Positions 40,808-50,354 of a stretch of DNA of 64,000 nucleotides are shown piece after piece. The stretch is from positions 4,448,001-4,512,000 of the forward strand of contig CBDETY010000003.1 of the NCBI GenBank assembly GCA_965243025.1, written 5' to 3'. Under the pieces are notes generated by a model, which was given only the letters and a program-made list of their open reading frames with translations, was not told the origin of the DNA and did not search any database. Every line of letters starts with the position of its first letter. Position 1 is the stretch's first letter. Origin of the DNA: Candidatus Latescibacterota bacterium. Its GTDB lineage: Bacteria; Latescibacterota; UBA2968; UBA8231. Both the position numbers and the translations under genes were made by a program.

Positions 40808-40823
40808 GATACCGTACCCCGCC

Positions 40824-41615
40824 TCACTTCCCCTGCTTCCCCCCTTGCCCCGCCGGGTTGGAGCGCAGTGTTGCGAGGTTCTCCTTGAGCACCTGCATGC
40901 CGTACGCCATCGGGTTCCCGACGTTGAGGAAGCGGTACCCCCAGCGGTACTTCTCCTGGATCTCGGCGACCCCGAGGAGGGTGGTGCCGGCGACGACGCC
41001 GGATCCGGCGATTCTGCGGGGCACCTCCTCCATGATGCGCTGCACCTCGTCGCAGCCGGTCTCGGTGATGCGTCCGACGGAGGCCGACAGGTCCATCGGC
41101 CCGACCAGCAGGATGTCGAAGCCCCCGACTTCGACAATGGCGTCGAGGTTGTCGTAAGCCTCCCTGCTCTCCAGCTGCAGGATCAGGACCGTCTCCTCGT
41201 TGGCGGTGCGGATGACGTGGTTCCAGTCGACGCCGGCGACCCAGGGCCAGTTGGGGGTGATGCCGCGTTTCCCCTCGGGCGGGTAGTGGGCGTGCTCCAC
41301 CGCGGCGGCGGCTTCTTCCGGGGTGTCGACCTGGGGTACCATCACCGCGACCGCCCCCACGTCATACGCCTTCTTGATCAACCCGGCGTCGTTGTTGGCG
41401 ACGCGAATCATCGGCGCAATCCCCCGCTGGCGGATCAGCGCGGGAATGACGTCGAGAGTCTCGAACGAGTACGGTGAGTGCTCGGTGCAGATCCAGACGA
41501 AATCGATGTCGGCGTCGCAGATCATTCCCGCTACCTGCGGCCTGAAGGCGGGCAGCCCGGTGCCGAGCACCAGGTTTCCGTTCTGCAGCTTCTGTTTCAG
41601 TGGATTGGGATACAT
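40824..41615 (-). CDS. HpcH/HpaI aldolase family protein
   Basis: DFVWICTEH, YDVGA..VMVPQV, YPPEGKRG, QLES, GPMDLS. Confidence 0.88.
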   Translation of the reverse strand: MYPNPLKQKLQNGNLVLGTGLPAFRPQVAGMICDADIDFVWICTEHSPYSFETLDVIPALIRQRGIAPMIRVANNDAGLIKKAYDVGAVAVMVPQVDTPEEAAAAVEHAHYPPEGKRGITPNWPWVAGVDWNHVIRTANEETVLILQLESREAYDNLDAIVEVGGFDILLVGPMDLSASVGRITETGCDEVQRIMEEVPRRIAGSGVVAGTTLLGVAEIQEKYRWGYRFLNVGNPMAYGMQVLKENLATLRSNPAGQGGKQGK

Positions 41616-41760
41616 GGTCCTTTCTCATCGCGGTTGGTGGAGTTGACGCTCAACAGGCGGAATCCCGGGGACGGGCATGGGCTGGCAACCCGACCGGATG
41701 GATTTACATGAACCGAGCTCGTCTTTGCCGGCCGGGGCGCAGCCCCCCGAATGCGGCGGC

Positions 41761-42579
41761 TCATCCCTGCCACGCGAAGTTCATCACCATGAGAGCCGCC
41801 CCCAGTGCGAGGCGGTAAGCGGCGAAGACGTGGGTTCCGTGGCGCTCGAGGAAACGGAGGAGGAAACCTATCGCCAGGTAGCCGCTGACACCGGCCGCGG
41901 CGATGCCGACGGCGAGACTGACGAGATCGCCGCCCTCCCCACGCATCAGCTCGAGCAGCTGCAGCAGCCCGCTGGCGGCGATGGCGGGAAGCCCGAGCAG
42001 GAAGGAGAAACGGGCGGCCTCCTTCCTGCGGAGTCCGGCGAGCAGGCCCCCGGCGATGGTCACTCCGGAGCGGGAACTCCCGGGAATCAGGGCCAGGGCC
42101 TGGCATAGCCCGATGAACTGAATGCGCCAGAAGCCCAGACTTTCCATGCCCCGGTTGCGCTTGCCGGCCTTCTCGGCAATCAGGAGCATGACCGCCCCCC
42201 CGATCAGCGCGGAGGCCACGATCGACAGTCCGCGCGCCCCGTCCTCTGCCTCGATGAAATCCCGGAAGCCCAGGCCGAGCACGGCGATCGGCAGGGTGCC
42301 GGGGATGATCGCCCAGGCGGCCAGCGAGTCCCGGCTGTGGCTCAGGTCGCGCAGGCGCAGGCCCTCCCAGGCGGCGGCCGTCAGGCGTTTGATGTCCGCG
42401 GCGAAATAGATGAAAACCGCGGCCAGGGTGCCGATCTGAATGGCCGCGGAGAACGCCGCTCCGGGGTCCTCCCATCCCAGGAAGAAAGGGAGGACGCGGA
42501 GGTGGGCGGTGCTGCTGACCGGCAGGAATTCCGTCAATCCCTGGACGATCCCGAGTACGAACGACTGCGCTGATGTCAT
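41761..42579 (-). CDS. uppP: Undecaprenyl-diphosphate phosphatase
   Basis: GIVQGLTEFLPVSSTAHL, IQIGT, QALALIPGSSRSG, AARFSFLL. Confidence 0.93.
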   Translation of the reverse strand: MTSAQSFVLGIVQGLTEFLPVSSTAHLRVLPFFLGWEDPGAAFSAAIQIGTLAAVFIYFAADIKRLTAAAWEGLRLRDLSHSRDSLAAWAIIPGTLPIAVLGLGFRDFIEAEDGARGLSIVASALIGGAVMLLIAEKAGKRNRGMESLGFWRIQFIGLCQALALIPGSSRSGVTIAGGLLAGLRRKEAARFSFLLGLPAIAASGLLQLLELMRGEGGDLVSLAVGIAAAGVSGYLAIGFLLRFLERHGTHVFAAYRLALGAALMVMNFAWQG

Positions 42580-43029
42580 GGAGTACCGGCCGCGGGGAAG
42601 GTGCAATACTAACCCCGGGTACCGCGCTTCGACAAGCAGGTTCCTGCCCGTTCCGCAGATTCCCGGCACACCGGTATCGCACCCGGTCCCCGGCCGTCGC
42701 CGGCGGATGGGCTGGTCAGCGTCACCTGGCTCGATTCGACCGGAAGCGCGTCGCCGCCGGCGGCAGATCGAGCGTGCTGACCCGCATATTTTCAGCGCGC
42801 CGCGGCAGTTCGCGAAATGTTTGTCCGGGGCGGGAAACGCGTTTCGTGCGAAGCCCGTTCGGCGCCCACCGCCGCCAGGTCCCGTTCCCGGGCAGCCTCG
42901 CGGTTGCCGGCCCGAACTATCTGAATTATTTTGAGTTACGAGCAATTCAAGAGCGGCTGATACGGGCCCGTTCCGGCGGTTTCCGGACGCTCTTCCCCCC
43001 GCCGGCGCCCGGCCCCTGCAACGCCCCGC

Positions 43030-45954
43030 ATGAGCGACCCCCGCCCACAACGAAGGTTCTCCAGCCGCCTCGGACCGCGGCAGCGCAAGCTGCTGCTCGT
43101 CGTTCTCGGTCTCGGCGTCTTCATGTTCGCCGACACCCTTTACCTCCTGATCAACAGGCTGGCCGACTTTCTGCAGATCGGCTACTTCGCCGTCACCGAG
43201 ACCTCGCTTCCCAAGTTCTACCAGGTGATGGTGCTGTCCCACACCGCCGTCGGCCTTGTGCTGGTGGTGCTCGCCATCGTTTTCGTCGAGATGCACCTGC
43301 CGGTCGTCTGGCGGCGCAGCCGCCGCCGCGCCATCGCCACCGGCATCGTGACCATCGGGCTGGGGCTGCTCCTGACGGTCACCGGGCTGTTCATCCTCAG
43401 CGCCGCAAACAACCGCGAGAACCGGTGGGCGTTCTGGAGCCACGTCGGCGCCGCGGCCCTGCTGCCGCTGTTCTACCTGCTGCACCGGCGCACCTCGCGC
43501 TGGAAGCCCTCATCCCTCAGCTACCGCGTCGTGCCCGCGGCCATCGCCGCAATCGCCCTGGTCGCCGTCGGCCTTCACGGAGTCACATACGTCCGCGAGG
43601 CCTACACCGAGGCGGCGGAGAAGGCGTTCGCCGAGGGCACCCATCTCGGGGCCGGATCGAAGCTGCGCGACGTCGCCGAGTACGCGCCGGACGCGTTCGT
43701 TCCGGCCAACTTCGTTCCCGCCGAAAGCCCGTTCTTCCCCGCGGCGACGACGACCACCACCGGATCCTACCTCCCGTCCCGCATCATCACGCGCGGCAAC
43801 CCTCCCGGCGCGGAGCGGCTGTCGGGAGACCTGCGCAAGCACGGGTTCGTCGTCGAAGAGCGGATCGGGGCGGCCCAGTGCGCCGGCTGCCACGCCGACG
43901 TCGTCGAGCAGTGGTCGAAATCCGCGCACCGTTTCGCCTCGTTCAACAACCCGTTCTACGAGGCGACGATCAACAACATGAGGGAGGTATCGGTCGAGGG
44001 GAACGCCGAAGTCGCCGCCCACATCGCCTATTTCAGGGAGCGGGCCCCTGCAAGCCTGCGCGAAGACCTGGAAAACAAGGAAGCCCTGGTGAAATCGAAG
44101 TGGTGCTCGGGATGCCACGACCCGGCGCTGATGCTCGCCGGCCAGATGACGAGCGAGATCGACCGCGAGACCCCGCAGGCCCAGGCGGGACTGACCTGCC
44201 TCGCCTGTCACGCCATCGACCAGATCGACGGGGTCACGGGCAACGGCAACTACAACATCGCCGACGAGCAGGAGGATCCCTACCTGTTCGCCGAGGCGGA
44301 AGCCGGCCTCGGCCGCTTCGTGCACGACACCGCCCTCAAGGCCCGCCCGGAAGTGCACAAGCGGCAGATGCTCAAGCCGTTCTTCCGCACCTCGGAGTTC
44401 TGCGCAACCTGCCACAAGGTCAGTCTCGACACGCGCGTCAACAACTACCGCTGGCTGCGGGGCCAGGACGAGTACGACAACTGGCACGACAGCGGGGTGT
44501 CGCTGAACGCGGCGCGCACCTTCTACCTGCCCGGGGCAAAGCGGGTCTGCCAGGACTGCCACATGCCCCTCGAAGAGGCGGTTCTCGGAGACGTCGCCGC
44601 CAAGGACGGCATGGTGAAATCGCACCGCTTCCTCGCCGTCAACACCGCCCTCCCTTTCCTGCGCGGGGACACCGAGACCATCGCGCGAATCGAGGAGTTC
44701 CTGCGGGACGAGAAGCTCCGGGTCGACCTCTTCGCGGTGCGCCGCGAGGACGGCGGCGAAGTCCTCGCGCCCGCCGGTGAGGTCGCGGTTTCCCCGGGAG
44801 AGCGGATACAGTTCGACGTCGTCGTCCGCAACAAGGGGGTGGGCCACACCTTCCCCGGCGGCACCAACGACTCCAACGAGGGCTGGCTCGAGGTGACCGC
44901 CGCCGACGGACAGGGGCGCACGCTGGCGGCAAGCGGCCTGGTCAGGCAGGACGGGCACGTCGACTTCGGGGCCCACTTCTACAAGGCGCTCCTGGTCGAC
45001 CGCCACGGCGAGGCGATCCACAAGCGCAACGCCCAGGACATCTTCGCCCCGGTCTACGTCAGGGTGATCGGCCCCGGGACCGCCGACGTCGCCCACTACG
45101 AGCTCGAGGTGCCCGGGGACCTGTCCGGGGGGCGGATCGCCGTCCGGGCGCGGCTGCTGTGGCGGAAGTTCGACCGCCGCTACACCGAGTTCGCCTTCGA
45201 CAACAACCGCGCCGGCTTCGCCGGGTTCGACGCCGTTCCCGACCTGCCGGTGACCGAGATCGCCGCCGACACCCTGACCCTGGCGGTCGCTCCCGAAAAC
45301 CCGGGCGCTTCAGGCTCACGGGCGCCCGAAGACTGGGTCCGCTTCAACGACTACGGCATCGGCCTGCTGCTGCAGGGGGACACCCGGGGCGCCATGGCCG
45401 CCTTCGAGACCGTCGCCGAGCTCGCCCCGCAACGCCTCGACGGCCCGCGCAACATGGCGAAGACGGCGCTGCGCGACGGGCACCTCGACGAGGCCTACCG
45501 CCACCTGCAGCGCTGCGAGGAGCTGAAGACCGGCGACCCCCAGACCGCCTGGGTGTGGGGAGTGGCGCACCAGAAGAACGGGCGCTACGCCGACGCCGAG
45601 CTCGCCTACCGCCACGTGCTCGCCTCCTTTCCCGATGACCGCGCCTCCTGGCGCAACCTCGGCCGCGTCCTCTACCTCGACGGCCGCTTCGACGAGGCGC
45701 TGGAGGCGCTCGACCGGGTGCTCGCCATCGATCCGGAGGACCGCGTCGCCCACTACCACCGCATGCTGTCGCTGCGCGCCCTCGGGCGGGAAGCGGAAGC
45801 GAAGCTGGCCGAGGCTGCCTACCAGTACCACCAGATCGACGAGTCGGCCCAGGCCGTCACCCGCGCCTACCGCCTGCGGCACGGCGACGACAACCGCGAG
45901 GTCCAGGCGATCCACATCCACCAGCTGGCAGCAGCCCCGGGCCGGCAGAGATGA
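43030..45954 (+). CDS. Membrane-anchored pentaheme cytochrome c with C-terminal TPR repeats
   Basis: About five N-terminal TM helices; CAGCH, CSGCH, CLACH, CATCH, CQDCH; GHTFPGG; TPR-like helical repeats. Confidence 0.82.
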   Translation: MSDPRPQRRFSSRLGPRQRKLLLVVLGLGVFMFADTLYLLINRLADFLQIGYFAVTETSLPKFYQVMVLSHTAVGLVLVVLAIVFVEMHLPVVWRRSRRRAIATGIVTIGLGLLLTVTGLFILSAANNRENRWAFWSHVGAAALLPLFYLLHRRTSRWKPSSLSYRVVPAAIAAIALVAVGLHGVTYVREAYTEAAEKAFAEGTHLGAGSKLRDVAEYAPDAFVPANFVPAESPFFPAATTTTTGSYLPSRIITRGNPPGAERLSGDLRKHGFVVEERIGAAQCAGCHADVVEQWSKSAHRFASFNNPFYEATINNMREVSVEGNAEVAAHIAYFRERAPASLREDLENKEALVKSKWCSGCHDPALMLAGQMTSEIDRETPQAQAGLTCLACHAIDQIDGVTGNGNYNIADEQEDPYLFAEAEAGLGRFVHDTALKARPEVHKRQMLKPFFRTSEFCATCHKVSLDTRVNNYRWLRGQDEYDNWHDSGVSLNAARTFYLPGAKRVCQDCHMPLEEAVLGDVAAKDGMVKSHRFLAVNTALPFLRGDTETIARIEEFLRDEKLRVDLFAVRREDGGEVLAPAGEVAVSPGERIQFDVVVRNKGVGHTFPGGTNDSNEGWLEVTAADGQGRTLAASGLVRQDGHVDFGAHFYKALLVDRHGEAIHKRNAQDIFAPVYVRVIGPGTADVAHYELEVPGDLSGGRIAVRARLLWRKFDRRYTEFAFDNNRAGFAGFDAVPDLPVTEIAADTLTLAVAPENPGASGSRAPEDWVRFNDYGIGLLLQGDTRGAMAAFETVAELAPQRLDGPRNMAKTALRDGHLDEAYRHLQRCEELKTGDPQTAWVWGVAHQKNGRYADAELAYRHVLASFPDDRASWRNLGRVLYLDGRFDEALEALDRVLAIDPEDRVAHYHRMLSLRALGREAEAKLAEAAYQYHQIDESAQAVTRAYRLRHGDDNREVQAIHIHQLAAAPGRQR

Positions 45955-47765
45955 CCGTCCCGGCTACCCTGCGCCCGGCGCTCGCGGGCGCCGCGGCCCT
46001 GCTCCTGATTTCAGCCTGCGGTGATGAGAAGGTCGAGGAGGCCGCCCCGCCTCCGGCCTACACCCGCACCGATCCGGCGCCCGACTACACCTCGGTGAGC
46101 GAGCGCAGGCAGCCGCCGAGCGTCCGCTTCACCGACATCGCCGCCGAAGCCGGAATCGAGTTCGCTCACGAAACCGGCGCCGCCGGGGACAAGTGGATGC
46201 CGGAGACGATGGGCAGCGGCTGCGCCTTCCTCGACTACGACGGCGACGGGGACGACGACATCCTTCTCGTCAACAGCACCCATTGGGAAGGGCCCGCCCC
46301 CGCGGCCGGAGCCCCTCCGACCAGCGAGCTGTTCCGCAACGACGGCAGCGAGTCGTTCGCCGAGGTCACCGCCGAGGCCGGGCTCGATTTCTCCGTGTAC
46401 GGCATGGGGGCCGCCGCGGCCGACTGCGACGGCGACGACGACGTCGACATCTACCTGACCACCCTCGGCCCGAACCTGCTGCTCGAGAACAGAAACGGCC
46501 GCTTCGCCGACAGGGCCGCGGCCGCCGGAGTTCAGGGAGACCTGTGGGAGGACGAAGCCGGCCGCAGCCACCCCGAGTGGTCGACGGGGGCCGCGTGGGT
46601 GGACGTCGACGGCGACGGCTGGCTCGACCTGTTCGTCACCAACTACGTGCGCTGGTCCCCCGACACCGATCTGTTCTTCTCCTTCGACGGGGAGAACAAG
46701 TCGTACGCCACGCCGCAGCAGTACCCCGGCTCGACCTGCCGCCTCTACCGCAACCGCGGCGGCGGGGGCTTCGACGAAATAACGGAGGAAGCGGGAGTGC
46801 TGCTCCCCCACGCCAAGTCGATGGGGGTCGCGGTGGCCGACTTCGAGGAGGACGGGCTTCCCGACCTCGTGGTCACCAACGACACGCAGCCGAACTTCCT
46901 GCTGAGAAACACCGGGGGCCGCTTCGAGGAGATCGGCCTCGCCGTCGGCATCGGCTACGACGAGTCGGGCCGGGCGCGCGCCGGAATGGGGGTCGACGTC
47001 GCCTCGCTGGACAACGACGGCGCGGCGACGATCGGCATCGGCAACTTCAGCCGCGAGGCCCTGTCCCTCTACCGCCGGCAGACGAGCACCGCGTTCCTCG
47101 ACGTCGCCGGACGCAGCCGCCTGGTGCAGCCGACGCTGCCCACCCTGACCTTCGGCCTGCGCTTCTTCGACTACGACCTCGACGGCTTCCAGGACCTCAT
47201 CATCGCCAACGGCCACATCGAGCCGGAGATCAACGCCGTGCAGAAGGAGATCGAGTACGCCCAGCCACCGCAGCTGTTCTGGAACGACGGGGGGGGAATT
47301 CTGATCGAGGTGTCGGAGCAGTCGGGGGCGGTGTTTCAGCAGCCCATGGTCGCGCGCGGCCTCGCCGTCGGCGACATCCAGAACAACGGCAGACCGGACG
47401 TCCTGATGACGGAGAACGGGGGCGGCGCCCGCCTGCTGCGCAACGAGGGAGGCTCAGACTCCGGGGCGGTCTGTTTCCGCCTGCGCGGCCGGCCTCCCAA
47501 CCGGGAAGCCATCGGGGCGCGCGTCGCCCTGACCGCCGGGGGGCAGCGGCAGCAGGGGATGGTGCGCACCGGCTCCTCCTACCTCAGCCAGAGCAGCCTC
47601 GTCCTGACCTTCGGACTGGGAGCAGCCTCATCGGTCGACAGCCTGAGGGTGCGGTGGCCGGACGGCAGCGAAGAGGTGATTGCCGAGGGAGTGGACCCCG
47701 GTTTCAGTTACCTCGTCGCCCAGGGCGAGGGGATCCTCAAGGGAATTCGTTTTGGGGCGAGATAA
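45951..47765 (+). CDS. CRTAC1-family FG-GAP/ASPIC-UnbV lipoprotein
   Basis: LISAC lipobox, ETMGSG, repeated DxDGDGxxD motifs, AIGARV, SSYLSQS..FGLG, VRWPDG. Confidence 0.88.
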   Translation: MTVPATLRPALAGAAALLLISACGDEKVEEAAPPPAYTRTDPAPDYTSVSERRQPPSVRFTDIAAEAGIEFAHETGAAGDKWMPETMGSGCAFLDYDGDGDDDILLVNSTHWEGPAPAAGAPPTSELFRNDGSESFAEVTAEAGLDFSVYGMGAAAADCDGDDDVDIYLTTLGPNLLLENRNGRFADRAAAAGVQGDLWEDEAGRSHPEWSTGAAWVDVDGDGWLDLFVTNYVRWSPDTDLFFSFDGENKSYATPQQYPGSTCRLYRNRGGGGFDEITEEAGVLLPHAKSMGVAVADFEEDGLPDLVVTNDTQPNFLLRNTGGRFEEIGLAVGIGYDESGRARAGMGVDVASLDNDGAATIGIGNFSREALSLYRRQTSTAFLDVAGRSRLVQPTLPTLTFGLRFFDYDLDGFQDLIIANGHIEPEINAVQKEIEYAQPPQLFWNDGGGILIEVSEQSGAVFQQPMVARGLAVGDIQNNGRPDVLMTENGGGARLLRNEGGSDSGAVCFRLRGRPPNREAIGARVALTAGGQRQQGMVRTGSSYLSQSSLVLTFGLGAASSVDSLRVRWPDGSEEVIAEGVDPGFSYLVAQGEGILKGIRFGAR

Positions 47766-47778
47766 ACTCAGATTTCCC

Positions 47779-47821
47779 AAAAAATAACCCAGCGAGCCCC
47801 CCTGTTCAGAGGACTGCTGGG
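47779..47821 (-). terminator. Intrinsic terminator downstream of the small peptide ORF
   Basis: Minus strand reads CCCAGCAGTCCTCTG-AA-CAGGGGGGCTCGCTGGG then TTATTTTTT. Confidence 0.65.
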
Positions 47822-47834
47822 GTACCTTGGAGGT

Positions 47835-47912
47835 CTACCAGATCAAGAGAACGATCAGGATGATAACCCTGTCGTCCACCTCAAAGGCAAACCACTTGGT
47901 TACGATCTTCAT
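47835..47912 (-). CDS. 25-aa hydrophobic peptide, candidate type I toxin or small membrane protein
   Basis: TAGGAGGT RBS just upstream of ATG; MKIVTKWFAFEVDDRVIILIVLLIW*; own terminator. Confidence 0.55.
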   Translation of the reverse strand: MKIVTKWFAFEVDDRVIILIVLLIW

Positions 47913-48163
47913 GTCGTAACCTCCTAAAATAATAACACGTTAAACCCCTTTCCTACTATGAAATCCTACTTGGCGGTCTCCTACTGCTTTGTTCTGATCT
48001 CTGTCTACGTCTTGAGTTCCCCAAAAGGGCCGGTTTTCCCGGTTCACGTGGGGGATACCACGAGAAGGGTTGAAAATTGCCGCCGACGGCGACTTTTTTG
48101 ACCACCTCCTTTAGAAACGACGCCGCGCGACCGCTTTGCAGAAGTGTACCAAGCGGAAATCGG

Positions 48164-48887
48164 ATGCCAAGCACTTCTTGGCCGGAGGGCCTCCAAGGAG
48201 CGGTATCCATCAACTACGACGAGGCGCTCACCTGTCACCACGAAGCGGTCCCTCCCGCCCGGGAAAACCCATGGCCTGCGGGTGACCTTTTACACATTTC
48301 ACCAGCCTGATGAACACCCCCGGTGCCTGGCGCGATGTTGCCGGGAAGAGCCATGGGCTGGGCAGCCATAGCATCTTCCACCCGTGGCGGAAGGACCAGG
48401 ACTGGCTCCGCGCCGAGTACGACCTGCGCAGTTACACCCCGGGCCAGTGGAGCGGAGGAAATACGCGCCGCCAACGCCATCCTGTCGTCGCTCGACGGCC
48501 GGGAGGAGCGTTCATTCGGAAACACCTGCTGCAACACCGATCTGGGGGAAGGGGGGGTTCACGCGCCTAGAGCCGCTGATCGAGGAACTGTTCGCCTCCG
48601 ACCGGGCCCTTGAACAACGGGATCGTCGGTCCCGCGACCATCGACTTCAATGCCCTGGGGCACTTCAGCGGCGACGGCCGGGGTTTCGACCCCCTGCTGC
48701 AGATCGACGCCGCCGTCGCCTCGGGGGCTGGATCATCCACATGACCCACGGAGTCGGCGAAGGCACTCACAGCTTTTTACCGATCCAAGTATGCACCAGC
48801 CCTTGGTCGAATAACTCGGGAAGCAGAGGGACTTTTATCTGGAGCCCCGTGGGGGCGATTGCGGGCTACCTGCGCAACAGTATCTGA
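48164..48887 (+). pseudogene. Polysaccharide deacetylase-family pseudogene with several frameshifts
   Basis: Family-like segments spread over all three frames: WPEG..GAVSINYDE; GLRVTFY; HGLGSHSIFHP; EEIRAAN..SFGNTC; GWIIHMTHGVG. Confidence 0.7.
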
Positions 48888-49073
48888 AGAATTCTGGCTT
48901 GTAGGCACTTCCCACGGAAGTAGCGCTTAATTTACCGACTAATCCACTAAGCTAACGACGCTGGATGCCAACTTTTTCGAATTATCCCCGCCCCCCCGGG
49001 TCACCGGCGAAGCAAAGCCACTTTTCAAACCAGATCAGAAGGACCCCTGTTCCCGCGAACTGATCCAGTTAGG

Positions 49074-50354
49074 CTATGACATTTTGTGCTTTCTAAGTAA
49101 GACTATCCGGTTGGTGTTGGTCCCTTTTTTGAGATTATCTACGCCCCAACAATTTGAAGTTTTTGTAAATTTCTGGTCATTCACCAAAACTAGAAGAGGA
49201 TCTAAACCAGCTTCAGCGGCGGCAGGAACAACAAGAGATTCCAGTAAGATTTTCCCATTCCGAACCTCCCCCACTTCAAAGGCAACATACCCATTTGGTT
49301 TGAGAATTCTCCTCAACTCGAGAAATACGCGATGCATGGCAGCTTGCCATTCTTCTGGTTTCTTCATATGCCAAATGTTCACGGCTTCCGCATTTATCCC
49401 GTTAAACCAGCATCGAAGCCAGTTGTCTGTTTGATAGTCAACCACGTCCAAAAAAGGAGGTGAGGTAACAACTAAACTAACGGATCCGGATTCAATTTCC
49501 GGTGTGCTTTCTGAAGATCCTGTTACAAGTAAGGCGTTCTTACTAGATTGCGACAGCATTTCAGCGTCATTTCTATTCATCTTGCTGAGTAGAGATACAG
49601 ATTTCTTATAAATAAGATCTCTGATATTCCTAATGGGAGGACTCTGGTCTCTATTTTTGTTTATTTTTGCCTGTCGTTCAATCGTAACCGCTTGATTGGG
49701 GGGAAGCGTATATACCGAAAAAAATCCGGGAGAATGACCTGTCAACCTGTTTGTAGCAACCATTCTTATCCATTCATCGGTCACATCGAGGCTGGCATCC
49801 TCTTGTTTCTCAAGTAAGTAATTTCGCAAGTTGGTTATTTGGACAAGAGTACCAGGATGATAAAAAGTTAGCAATTCCTCCCAAGTGCTACATCCCATTT
49901 CCAAGGGGATTTTTCTGAGTCGCTCAAAGATAGCGTCCGTTGGGGGGGGGTTGAGTCTAGGTCCTACCAAAATTTTGCTTAAAGGGTTTATATCCGTACC
50001 AACGGGTGTTCGCCCAAATAGAGCAGCCTCAATTACCGTGGTTCCCCGTCCCATAAAAGGATCGTAGATAAGGTCTCCTGAACAAGAAAGTCTTTGAATG
50101 AAAAACCTAGGCAACTGAGGCTTGAAGCAAGCACGATACGATACTTCATGAAGCGTATGAGCTGCTCTTTGCTGGGAAGTCCAGAATTCATTGACATAGA
50201 CTGGAATGTCGAAATCCGAATCCGGGAATTTTAAAACTATCGTCGCCTTATGGAAGTCGTTAAATCGTTCGATATCTGATTGAAACCTTTCAAAAGAAAG
50301 TGATCCAATCTGAGGGTTAGACTGATCAAAAAATTGTAATTGATTTGCGGTCAT
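49074..50354 (-). CDS. DNA amino-methyltransferase (N4C/N6A, motif I before motif IV)
   Basis: DPFMGRGTT (SAM binding) and VVTSPPF (catalytic), RILKPNG; markedly AT-rich. Confidence 0.88.
   Translation of the reverse strand: MTANQLQFFDQSNPQIGSLSFERFQSDIERFNDFHKATIVLKFPDSDFDIPVYVNEFWTSQQRAAHTLHEVSYRACFKPQLPRFFIQRLSCSGDLIYDPFMGRGTTVIEAALFGRTPVGTDINPLSKILVGPRLNPPPTDAIFERLRKIPLEMGCSTWEELLTFYHPGTLVQITNLRNYLLEKQEDASLDVTDEWIRMVATNRLTGHSPGFFSVYTLPPNQAVTIERQAKINKNRDQSPPIRNIRDLIYKKSVSLLSKMNRNDAEMLSQSSKNALLVTGSSESTPEIESGSVSLVVTSPPFLDVVDYQTDNWLRCWFNGINAEAVNIWHMKKPEEWQAAMHRVFLELRRILKPNGYVAFEVGEVRNGKILLESLVVPAAAEAGLDPLLVLVNDQKFTKTSNCWGVDNLKKGTNTNRIVLLRKHKMS

Noticed and set aside
40455-40823. Firm call of oriC
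   Set aside because: No dnaA-region genes, no clear AT-rich unwinding element and gene orientation does not fit; kept only as a DnaA-box cluster
41761-43485. 574-aa ORF suggesting a UppP fusion
   Set aside because: UppP homology begins at ATG 42579; the upstream part is antisense to the cytochrome gene and intergenic DNA
46230-47400. Recurring GACGGCGACG-type DNA repeats
   Set aside because: Explained by the protein-level DxDGDG FG-GAP repeats; not a CRISPR or DNA repeat array
48164-48887. Programmed frameshifting or phase variation in the deacetylase
   Set aside because: Too many independent frame changes; decay is simpler
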